NCBI GenBank assembly: GCA_037447605.1
Contig: CM074804.1
Coordinates: 6,487,909 to 6,551,908 of the forward strand
DNA: 64,000 nucleotides
Direction: 5' to 3'
DNA from: Zygnema circumcarinatum SAG 698-1b
Taxonomy: Eukaryota > Plantae > Zygnematophyceae
Positions 37,084-49,165 of this stretch are shown piece by piece. The notes beneath the pieces are model-generated. The model was not told the origin of the DNA and did not search any database. It saw only the letters and a list, made by a program, of their open reading frames with translations. How positions within the stretch are numbered: position 1 is the first letter of the stretch; every line of letters starts with the position of its first letter. The translations under genes and the position numbers were made by a program.

Positions 37084-40000
37084 TTATGTTGCTCCTTCAA
37101 CCCAATTGGGTATGCTATACGTAGCATCATTGATTGCAGAAATCAACCGAACCTGCAGTACGGTGCATTAGCGGATCAGCGTCAGGATAGGACAACCATT
37201 CTTGACACGACAAAGGTTGAAAGGTCAGCGAAAGAAGAAGCGAAGGAAGGAGGTCGCCACCCCCGGGAGAGGTAGGAAACCGAAATCCACAAAAACTAGA
37301 AGGTGAATAGTACCAAGACTACCTGAGTTTTCATACCTCGGCCCTTTATGTGTTTCCAAATTCCATCTCTTTACACATGTGCAGTCTCTGGGTTTGGACA
37401 GGACAAAACCAGAAACTACCTGCATCTCGCTTTCAATATCGTTACATGCACAACTCCTATGTCTCCTAGAGCAGAAGAAAGTAGAAAACATGGAAGCTCT
37501 GCTTACCACTGACTGAGGCACACCCTTAGGTGGCATGGTGAGGTTACGTGGAGGAGCCCCCCCGGAATAACTTCGTTTATCGAAACGCCACTCGCCGAAT
37601 TTTCCACCCATGAACTCGCCCTGTCCACCACAGAAGAAGCATATGAGGAGAGCCAAGAGGAAGAGAAGGATACCAACACTGTCATCAAAAGGAGGTTTGA
37701 TGCAAGTTCTAGCAATGACAGAAATACAAAACCGTTGCAGAATATCTCATAACAGTACAGCATATGGGGAAGTCCAACCATTGATTTTACCTCATTCATT
37801 TCCTTAAGGAATAGGGACAGAAGGTGAAACTGGTGCGACAGACCCCTCCTGACTATGGTTATATTCCACGAGGACATTAAAATAAGCAGCAACCTCTGCC
37901 TCTGTCTCCTACGTAACAGTAAAAACAAGTATAGTTCGTCACTAACCATGCATGTTCATTCCTCAGAGGATGATTCACACCTTAAGGGAGTAGTCACAGC
38001 CATAGGTGTAGTGGATAATAAACGCATCACCAATGACAGTGTCATACGGGGGCTGCAACCCCTTGTCCAGACATGACAAGACATAAGATGAGAAGAGGCA
38101 CATTCTGTTAGTCTCGCGTGAAAAAACAGAATGTGCGAAGAAAAAGTGAAGGAAAAGCATCATCAGGATACGGATGGACATCAAGTCAGCTTTGAGGAGA
38201 AAAGGAAGGACAAGCAAATATGGGAAGAAAGGGCATGATCAAATTGGGATTAGTAGATGAGATAGGAGAAAAGTGTTGCCGGACACATTGCTCCTTTTCT
38301 CTTGACCTACATAACTAGTGCCAGTACAGATAAACTCACAATCACACCGTGAAAGTCCGAGAACATCAGTATATTGGCTCTTTTGATAAAGGCTCAGGCA
38401 ATTATTTGCCTTCAAGCAATGAAAGACTAACCTGAATCATGAAATCGTGACGGAGAATGTGTTGGACGCCTTCCATCCGTGCGGCTGTCGCATACCCGTA
38501 CCTGCCATACAGCCAATGGCATAACTGCTGTTACAGTACTTTCCTGTCCCATTATCCCTGGTGCGAATGATGTGTATTGACTTCCATGGCAGAAAGGGCT
38601 CATTTCAAGGAATGCAAGACCCTCGCATCATGGCCTCTATCGTCAGGACTATGGCTCCACTCTCTTCAGTTTATCATACTCCGTGTTTGGATATTACTTT
38701 CTTTCTTTCTCTCTCGCCAACTCGCATAGCTCCTCCTGGCACGAGTGACAGTCAAGACGCATCTAACCAAGACGACAACCTCCTATTCATCGCAACGATG
38801 CGAATTTGCTTAAGTTCCATGCAAGCCCATCCTGTCAGCCTTTGTTTCAACGCCAAGGACGCCAATCTCCTCCAAAGACCCAGAATAGTCCTCATCAAAC
38901 CACAGAGTAGAAGGCTTACATTTCGAGCACCCATCCAAAAGCCTTGTCAACTTTTGGATCCTCTTTCATTTGAAGGCTTACATTATGCCAAACGGGTGCA
39001 ATCCTTAGCAGATCCTTCTGCACAAGTGACAGGCCTCACAAGTTGACGGAATGAAAGAATCAGATCAAACCGAAAAACAAGTTTAGAACCGTTGCTTTCT
39101 TGACGATATCAGGGTTTGTTCAACTTAAAAAAAAAACAGCCCTTCAGTAGATGAAACAAAAAGGCTATAGAGGTGATCAGCAGGAAAAGGAAAATTACCT
39201 TCCTAATAATAACAGGAGAGTTGCCGATTGGATCGATATCAGTGATAGGTCCATCAGGAACCCACCTTCTTAATATAGCTGCCACACCTCAGCCAGCCGG
39301 CCCATAAAGAGAATCTGAATAAGTGCAACCAGTCGCACACCTCATTCCGCCCAAAATCTTCAACTAAATTTCAAGAGTAACAGAAAGTTGGAGCATTCCC
39401 AGCTTCTGTAGTTGATGTGATGATTCCAACGAGTAAGCCATTTCAGTATGTCGATTCATATGCCTCAGAGATGAACTCTATTTGAAATCCAAAGGTGGTT
39501 GACCAAGTAACTTGTCCAAAAACTCACGCGCAATCATTCGCCAATCAAGCGTGAACTTGCCTAACGTGAACATCCCTTTTCCTTTCCCAGTCAAAACTGA
39601 CCTTCATGGTCGTTGGGCTGAATGTAGAAAAAAGGAAATCCGACCGGCATGAAGTCTGTCGCCAAGTTTGGAATAGGCTTCACAATAATATGGTCAGGTT
39701 CAGCCATCAAAACATATCTAAAAACAAACCCCCAGCAGTCAACAAACTGCCTACGGTCAGCAAGCGTCAATGGCATCTGGAACAGAAATTTGTGCAGAAG
39801 GATGGATCGAACCATAAAGACGTCGAGAAATTGAGAAAAGATTGAGACGCATACAACTCTCCAGACAAACGACATCAGGTCCCAAATTCCGAGGTTTAGA
39901 AATGCATACTAAATAGGCAGCCAAGACATACAAACGATAGAATGTGAGGGAATGAAAATGCTGAAAACCAAGATTGCAACTCGCCTGTTCAGACTAATGA

Positions 40001-41830
40001 CAAAGAGATACCTTTTCAGCAAGTGGCACCATAAGTTTGACCTCATAAGTGCGTTAACTGACCAGGTGTAATGAACCTACTCTTCCTCGATCTCCACTTG
40101 TTGAATCCATTGCACAAAAGCCCATGGGCGATTAAGAACTACATAGCCCTGCACTCACCATGAACGCCACGCGCAAATGAGTAACGTGCACTTTCATTAT
40201 CTTGAGCAGTAATTGAGAACTTGCTCAGTCGTGAATCTTAACGCTTCCTAGAATCTAATATTTGTTGCAACTTGCTTTCAAGTTTATCTCCTATTTGTCT
40301 TTCACGTTTGCGAAATCCGCAGCTGTTGTTTCATCATTACAGGGGAATGGAATGAATGTGAGCACACAGTTGGTATGCTGTCTCCAGCCTAGCATACCAA
40401 GTGTGTGCTCACATCCATTCCTTGACCTGTATTTTGCATCACATATGTCCAGACGGTGTCCCTTAAAGTGGAATGCTTGGGAAACCCAACGTACGTCGTA
40501 CATAACACTAAAACGGTCCTATGAACGGAGTCTTCATGACCATACACGTCCTTTGACCATGTACTAAAAGTTGGTAAAAAGCGGACAAAGCAAAAAAAAA
40601 TATTGGCAATTTGCTAACAGACGAGACAACGCGGCCTAACTTACTCGTTATCGGTGACATTTAGTCCCACTTCACATAAATTGTTCAAAAACAACGATAC
40701 AAAAACCGAAATTTCTAATGCTGTAGCTAAGTCGGGGCACTATCTTTTCCAAAAAAAAAAGCCTGCCTCCAATGTTGACAACCTGGGACAAGCAGAGGCC
40801 TTGTATAAACTTCCTTATTCTGTCGCCATCTCAATTGCAATTTAATGGCCAAGTCAACCCCAACCATGCAGCAAAGGGGATCATTGGTGCGGAGAATAGA
40901 TATTAAGTGCTAGAGAATCACGAAGACACTACTCAGATCCAGGAAGTGGCTAACAACAAGTTGCGCAAAAACCGTCAGGGCTCCCCAAGGAACGCAAAGA
41001 GCTAAAGCCCTGAACTTCCAGACAGTAAGAATCATCGAGAAGACGGACCAAATATATCGCCTAATTAAAGTCAGATACCCTCTAGCCATTTAATTCAGGA
41101 GGTGGATTAGAAATTTATAAGAGGCGATGATCTCAAAGAATTTGTACTTTTCTACCAGTGGCTACTGAGCAGAATCTCTAACAAGGAGACTAGTATCTCA
41201 AGCAACACCCCTGTGCTGCTATCTTTGTGAAGGCTCCGTTCAGCGCCCCCTAATGAACCCGACAGGCGATGCTGTAACCGCTTGAAAGAAATGAATTTGA
41301 GCATGAAAGGAGAGGATCCAAAAAACTTGCCGACTGGAAGAGAGGAGCACCTTATCCAAGCCAGGAGGCAAAGGCTGAGCCACCCAGGTAGGAATCTCTT
41401 GCATCATGTCATCTTCCTCTCCTGAATGCAACACACGCGTGTACCCGCCCATTTCCGATCCCTCCTGCTTCGCGTAGTGCTTGTACCAGAAGTACATGAC
41501 CCGACATTGCCACTTGTTGTAGGCCCCTCCGCTTGCTGTCACGGCAGTGTGAAACATCCGCTTCTTCTTTATGGATTTGCTGTCAAGCGGCCGCTTTACG
41601 ACTCCCTTTGCAGCACCACTCCCCACACCTGCGACAACCTTCAAGCCCGGCTTCCTCCCTGACGCCACTGCGGGCAAATCCGAGTCTTCTTCAGAAGCGT
41701 CGTAGTCTCTCCCCACCTCCCCTGCCGCGCCACGATGGCGGTGGCTGATGAGCACGCTGATAGTGTTGTAGGTGGCGATGCAGGAGGAGACCGCGAGCAG
41801 CGCGAGGAACAGCCCCGCGCAACGCGCCAT
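37084..41830 (-). CDS. HPAT: Hydroxyproline O-arabinosyltransferase (GT95)
   Basis: Exons: 41830-41351 (FHTAVTA, WQCRVMY, EMGGYTRVLHSG), 40148-40081 (GYVVLNRPWAFVQW), 39717-39602 (MAEPDHI), 39278-39199 (IDPIGNSPVII), 39017-38920 (AFGWVLEM), 38501-38432, 38052-37981 (IIHYTYGCDY), 37620-37507 (GEWRFDKRSY), 37152-37084 (IPNW). Confidence 0.96.
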
Positions 41831-42173
41831 CACGCCTCGCCCCGGAACCGCCCGCCCCGCCAGGGCGCCTCCTGCTCTGCCGCCGCCTCCGCTCTCGGGC
41901 ACAGAGGCGGCCCTCGCCCTGCACCTTCCCTCGCCCTCCCCCTCTCTCCCTCACCCTCCCACTCCCTCTCTCCCTCACCCTCCCTCTCCCTTCCTCCTTC
42001 CCTCTCCCGCGCGCGGACATGGCTGGCTGGTGGCGCACGGGGCCGGCCGCCGCCGGCCGTACCACTATTGTACGAATCGAGTCCAATTGCCGTACGGTAC
42101 GAACAGCTCCCTCTTGGAACGTGAACGTTTGGACTACCCCGACCTCTGCCGCCAGCTGGCGGTGCGGGCGGCC

Positions 42174-45100
42174 ATGGAGGGAGGAGACGGAGGAGGAGGA
42201 GGAGGAGCCATGGCGGGGGGGGAGGGGGCGAGGAAACGGAGGAGAGCGGGGGTGGTAGTGCTGGGTGACCTCGGGCGCAGCCCGCGCATGGCGCTGCATG
42301 CGCTCGCGCTCGCGCAGGTGCGCCGCCGGCCCTCTGCCGAGGGCTGCAGGGAGAGCGGGGATGGCTATGGCTCTCGCAGCGTTTGTGTTTCGTGAGGCTC
42401 CATGAAATGCAGTCTTTGGAAATATGAAATTAGTTCGGTTCGGGGATTGTATCACTGACATTCGCACTTGAGGAACATTTCCATGAGGAGGAAGCCATGT
42501 GAGAGGACAAGATTGTTAGATAACATTAATTGAAAATAATTGATTTTCGATAAATCTCGTCGAATTTAATTGAAGTGCACGTGAAATGCTAGCCACAGTG
42601 AGCAACAAGAATCATCAGCAATCACGCCACCGTGCTATTGCTTCTTACGAAAGTCATGGGAGATTCCTAAACTTAAGTTGGCTCATGCCCTCGCAAACTT
42701 ACTTGAGGCAATCGAAAAAGTACTTGTAGCTTTTTCCAATTTGTACCCACAATGCTGCATGCGTGGTTTCATTGTGGAACGTTTTTTTTACCACTTTGCC
42801 CTTTGGATCCCCCCTTGACATTTTGTTTGGAGGGGCGTTAATGTCAGGCTGATTTTGAAGTGGATTTGATCGGATATGCTGGTAAGCGATTTTCTACTAA
42901 CGTAGACACAAATGGCTGGCTTCCTTTGTGCACATTCTGGGCGTTTCGTCAACAGATCAAAGGAGCAGTTGGTCTCTGGAGATTGCTGTTGATGTTTATC
43001 GACCTCACAAGTAGAAACTTTTAAAATATGGTTACGCCATTAGCTATGACGATGATCAATAGGTAGCACCAACATGCATACAAGACTCGTGTCGTAAATC
43101 TTTACAAATGGTTTTTGAACACGACAGACAAAGTTCCATCCACTAGGCATGGGTGCAGATATTTGTCTAGCAGCTCTGTGAAAGTTTGGCTCAGGGGTTA
43201 TCCATGACAAGTATCCCAAGAACATATTCCGACGACTTCCGCGCTCTTATCCTCCGAGAAAGGTCAATGTCGGTGTTCCATTAGTCATCGACCAATGGAG
43301 CACCTACATTGACCGGCAATATGTTTACGTTTGTGGCGTCTCTCTTATTCCATAGTCTAAGTTGACTGTTTTATAGTTAACTGAGAACCCTTAAGCTCTT
43401 CCATTGCTCCAAATTTTGTAGAGGGCAAGGCTTGCTGTAGTGATTGGCTATTGGGAATTCTTATTTACTAGTTCCCTTCGCAGAAGACTTCAAAACGTTC
43501 GTTTACAAGAGGAACTGCAGAGTCTTTTGTGTGGAGGACCTTTATACCATCAGTTTGAAAAAAGTGATCATGGGGTTCAGGGACTCTGCCCCATTCGGCC
43601 ATCATGGGACACCCACGCATTCGAGTGCACGCCCTTGTGAGTGCTCTCCTTGCATTCTGATACAAAATTATTGTGGCTTCAGTTGTTTTTATCCCTCTGC
43701 AAAGTGTTTAATCAATCGAAGTTCACACTACACATTACACTACTAAAGTTTCCAGACAGTCGCATGATTTCAATTCTTCGTTGTAGGTATCTATTTTCTT
43801 TACCTTGCCTTGACTCTGCAATTGCCACAATGTCACCAACATCAGGAACTTGCTCGTATTGTCAAGAGGGTTTGTCGCAGCAGACATGCTCAGTTTTGGG
43901 CTTTTACCAATTGGGTTGCTTCTCACAGCATTGTTACATGCTGCATGACGGGTTGCAAAAAGTCCATTTCATCATTGGCGCTAGATGGTCCTTAATGTGA
44001 ACAGACGAATAACATCAACATCAATGCACATCACGCTGTTATTTTGATAGAAAGAATACGAGCAGTATCGGGTTTTGGTTGACGCAGGCTCCTCCTTTCA
44101 CCAATCGTTTGCCACGAGCACTATACCTCCTCACCTTACCCCTCAAACTGGCCATTCAAATCACAACCTTATTTTGGGTTTTATGTGTTTCTATTCCGCC
44201 ACCTGATATCTTCATCATTCAGGTATGCCTATGTTGCACGGCCTGATCTCTCCCTGGCTCGGCCGTATGGTGCATCGTTAAGGGTAGTCTCTTCTGATCT
44301 ATTTCACTGCCAGTTGTCGTTTTCGATTGTGCTGCTGTTCTTAATACAGTGTCACATGATTCGATGTCTCTCAAATTGATGGTTGACTACGAGCGTAGGT
44401 ATGAAGGCTGCACTTTCTGGAAGTGGTTTGCACTGTGGTCAATTCAGTTAGTCACTGGCAATGCTCCCTGTCCGCATAGCACAGATAGATAGGTGGATAG
44501 AATCTGCATTTTACGATGCAGAATCTAGCACTAACAGCTACCCATCATCGGGGCAAAATTTGTCCATGGACTTCTCTTTACTTATGGCCAAATGAAAAAT
44601 CGACCAGACCCTATCTTGCCCTGTTGAATGAGGCAGCGTTGCACACTTTGATGCATGTCTTAGTCTGTCAGTCTCTCTATATGTTCTGCTATATAAAGCG
44701 CCTTATCGGGGACCCCTTCGGGGATGGGAGGACAGAATCCACCTTCCATTCCGACCCTTACACTTGTTCAGCTCGCATGCTGGCTACGAGGATCTGTCCT
44801 TGTTATTGACTGGCACAATTTTGGCTATACATTACTTGGATTGACCTTGCGACCGTCGCATATATTGGTTAAAATTCATCACTGGTAGTGGTTCGATCAC
44901 CTTTTTGCCTTCACTCTCAACGCGAAGTTTGGAAGTATTCACGCCGCTGTTTTTGTAATCCCTTCTGTACTTTCCATCAAATCAAATGATAGATAAGAGA
45001 AAGATCATTCGTGTAAAGCACAGTTAGAGAGGAGCTGCTGCCACACAGAATTGGCAGTTTTGGTGAAATGGCGTCGCGGGCGTGATGAATTGCATGCTTC

Positions 45101-48100
45101 GACCGTTCTCTTTTTTCTGACAAGCTTACTTTTAGGAATTCCTATTCCCTTCACAAATGAAATGAATTCTCATTTGACTATGTCACTATGGGATGTCTGC
45201 TTCTTATGAGCCAAAAACGTTGTTTCTTCGTTGGCGAAGTCTGCTCATTCGTCATGCAGATATCATTTGTTCAGTTCTTGTGTCTTTAAGCATAGCTGTC
45301 CCATTTTTTCATTCTTACTATGAACCTCTCATGCACGGGTGTCTGATTCTGATTTTCACATATATGCACTGAGCGAATATAAACTTTTAACTGTGTAGCG
45401 CTCCCTTTCAGGTATGAGCGACGTTATGGGAAAAATGCAGCCGGACATTTATGTGTGACTCGGGCAATGCAGAATGAACTCGACCAGCGATGGGGAATAA
45501 GGTGAATTCTTGAGAACGGCTAATGCAATAATGGCTTCATTTGTTCTTTCCTGTAGGGAACGAAGCTATAACCCACTCCTGCTCCTCCTCCTTTCCTCAC
45601 TTCTTTTGTCGCGATCTCACACATTCTGGGCCATCATGCAGCGCGACAGTTTTGTACGACAAGCCACCTGAACACTTTGGGCTTACACCTCTCGAAGAGA
45701 AGCACAAGGTGAGGGAGGACAAATTCGAGCCAGAGAAATGTGAAATGTCGAAAGGGAATAGAGAAATGTCTCTATTCACTTCTTGGCTAGGGGAGTGGGA
45801 TAGTAAGCTTTTAATTTTCCGTCGTGCCTTTTCCCTGGTTGAGGGGAATCTTGACAGAGCTCTGAAGAGAAAGGCAACGGAGAGATAACTTTGTGTCCGT
45901 TCCATGAGACTGTTTTAAAGAGGCTAGTTCCTTGCAGCGCATGCATCCCTGCCTTCGCTCATCTTCTCTCTCCCCAAAGCTTGGATATGTCAAACGATGT
46001 TTCCAGGATTGAAATTAGTCTTGAACATCGATGAAGCTGCATAGAATTTTTTTTCCATCACATGTTTCACACTTTTGTCTCGTTTTGGCTTTGATGAAAC
46101 AGTTCCGGCTTGTGACCTTTAAGAGCCTCTATTCTGAAATGTCGCTGATTTGACCTTGTTTTCTGCTTATCTGACAGCTGTTTCTGCGACTGCATGATAC
46201 TTTGACCCTTCCTCTCAGCCAATGGGACTGCTGTGCCGCTCAGGCAGCAGTCTCTGCAGTCAAACCAGCCCTCCATAGTGAAGAGAGGAGCGTGGAGGAG
46301 ACTCTCATCACTACACGGAAGCTCATTGGGGCAGCAGAAGTAGGAGTGGGCGGCAGGGAGGAAGGAGAGATTCAGCTAAAAGAAGATAGGCCGGCTATTA
46401 TCGTCAGTAGCACCAGCTGGTGAGTGACATTTTGCGTGATAAGACAGTCAAAAACGTGTACCATCGCCTAATTCAAACGTTGGTTAAACGTGGTTGGACT
46501 TAAAGTTTCTAACAGATGGAAGGATCGCTTGGTTTGATACTGCAGGACTCCTGATGAGGATTTTGGGCTTCTCTTGGAAGCAGCCATACTGTACGATCGC
46601 AGAGTTGCAGCAGCTATGGGCGAGTCAGAAGGAGATGATGGTGCTTCTGAGGTGGAGGGAGGAGACGATGAGAGAGGCGAAGTAGTGGGAAAGGCAGCTG
46701 ATATATGTCCATATCCACGGCTTCTATTCCTTATCACGGGTAAAATTGTGGCCTAGCTGTCACTTGCTTGCCATCTCCACTGTTTCTGATCGTATTTCAG
46801 TTCGGAGTGGTTGAAGACCATGAATGTCCTGGTTTTTGTGTAGGACAAACGATACTTTCACTTTTTTTAAGCTAGCTTTTACACGAGACCGTGTACATTT
46901 TGCAGTGTGCACGCAGTCGTGTGTCTTTGCTGTCCTTGTTCGAAACCTACCTCCGACTCCATATTGGAGGACCCATTTGTTCAAGTAGGAATGGAAGATG
47001 TGTGTAACCTTAACTCATCTACATCATTATTTTGTACAAACTGCACCAGCACTGCCCCCTCCCTTCTTTTTTTGTGCTCCAACTCTTCTGAAGCCTTGCG
47101 TGGAAGTGAAAGGTATATCTTCGTGTTGCATTTGAAACTAGACTCGATTCCATTGTGTCATATGCCACGTCTGCTTACATTTCGCTCGTCTACCTCCCCC
47201 CATTCTTTTGATGTTTTTCCGTTATGCGGTATGCGTCTACCAGGAAAGGGACCCCAAAGATCGCTGTACGAGGAGAAGATAGCCAAACTTCGACTAAAAC
47301 GAGTAGCGTTTCGAACGCTGTGGTTAGCAGCTGAGGATTATCCCCTACTCTTGGGAAGTGCCGACCTTGGTGTTTCTCTCCACTCCAGCAGTTCAGGCCT
47401 TGACCTTCCAATGAAGGTGGTTGATATGTTCGGATGCGGCCTCCCCGTGGCAGCCATGGCTTACTCATGGTGAGTGCCCTCAGACCTTGAGGTTACGGAA
47501 GCCTGGGAGTTAAAACTGTCTATTCAGGAGGAGGGAAGGCATAATAGAAGGAACCTATGGCGGATGGTTAAAATACATGGCATTGAGGCCTTCCAGATCA
47601 AGGCTGAGTGAAGTGCATGATTGAAATATGTCTCATGAGCAGGTTAGGTTTCGAATGAATGTATTGTCAAACCTCAACTCTGGCGAAGAAAGAATGGGAG
47701 GGACCGCTACGCATTTAGATGCTTTGTCCATTGGACCTAAAATTACTGTCAAAAGGTCAATGAAGGTTGAAATCTTTCAGTCATGTTCTCTCTATCCAAC
47801 GAAATATTTTGAGAAATGTCTACCTTGCTTTCCAGTCGCCTCAACGCTCCACCATTTGTTTCCCTGTCATGACAGCATCGGGGAGCTGGTGAAGGATGCG
47901 GAAAATGGAGTTCTCTTTTCTTCCTCTTTCCAGCTTGCTGACCTCTTGCTTGACTTACTCCATGGCTTCCCCTCCCAAGGACGGACCTTGTCAGTTTTAA
48001 GGAGGGGAGCAGCAGCTGAAGCGGAAGGGAAGCGTTGGAGTGAGCAGTGGAGAGAGATTGTGTTGCCTCTGCTCGAACAGGTGAGCAAGAGTGGAAGCCT

Positions 48101-48119
48101 CCCTCCTTTAAGGTCATAA
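42174..48119 (+). CDS. ALG1: Chitobiosyldiphosphodolichol beta-1,4-mannosyltransferase
   Basis: Exons: 42174-42317 ([13 protein letters not shown]), 42848-42881, 43581-43636, 44088-44222, 44736-44884 ([16 protein letters not shown]), 45412-45501, 45642-45708 (VLYDKPP), 46178-46419 ([11 protein letters not shown]), 46546-46739 (TPDEDF), 47244-47469 ([20 protein letters not shown]), 47876-48119 (or spliced at 48080). Confidence 0.95.
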
Positions 48120-48898
48120 GGGATAATCAGCAGGAGCCTCTTCATCAAGAAGTAACTTTACTTTTCTCCAAGCGAGTTGAAATAGGGAGCCCTTTCACAC
48201 GGAAAGCTCCTACTCGCGGTAATCCATTTAGTCCACTTTTTTAAAGCATGTAAGTTAGGGCAGCCCGGTAGATCTTGCACCGCCGCCTCTGATTCAATCC
48301 AGGGCATTGCATCAATTCAAGTGCCGATATTGCGTTGTTGCCTTTTCACTCGTCGAAAGAAGCACGGCAGTATATGCAAAGCAAATCTCGTTGCAAAATA
48401 TCTTCCGCGTGTTGATCGTTTGAGCGCTGAATGGACGTTTTTAGGAGTACGCAGTCAGGTCATATTTCTCTGAACTCTTCCGCTCTCTGTTGGCTATGCT
48501 TCCATTTGTTGCATGGTCTGTGTTGGTCTGCAGGTTTGCCAGAAGCCGGTGCGACAGTTTTGGAGGAAGCCACTCCGAGAAGGGGTCCAAACGGTGGACG
48601 AAGGCGGTGCTTCTAACAAGTGGCGGGCGGTTTCGCCTTTGGTTCAGAAGGGGCGGAAGAAAAAAGCTTGAGGGTGTGTCTTCAATGCGGCGGCACACGC
48701 TGCTGATCTGGCAGAATATGCTGCTCATATTTTTTTACGGCATTTTGGAGACGGTATCCGCCTCTCACTAGTCTCCAAATTCCAATGTTGCTGGCATGCG
48801 ATGCTTTAGGCGGTTGGAGATTTTGATAGGATGACGTGTATGAGAATCAAAGGATATAGACAACATCAAACTGCGTTGCACTGTTGATAGCCGTAACT

Positions 48899-49018
48899 TT
48901 TCGCTCCTAGCTTTTTTTTTTTTGTATTCTTAGGTCCTTGGCGACGAGTTCCTCGTGGTTCCCCATTATGAATTTGTTTATGTACATTTGAAGGCATCGT
49001 GAGAACAATGCCACATCT
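48899..49018 (-). repeat. Dispersed ~120-bp repeat, copy B
   Basis: Reverse complement ...ATGGGGAACCACGAGGAACTCGTCGCCAAGGACCTAAG... matches copies A and C. Confidence 0.85.
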
Positions 49019-49165
49019 TCTTCAAACTTAGTAATTAGCTGTACAATGCGCGTCTGACATTTGAACAAAAGTTTGTTCGTTCTATTCCACCCACCTATTC
49101 CTGTCGCCATTGCAGAATTTAATGCTTAAACATAATTTTGTCTAACTCTGGATCAGGACCCCGCT

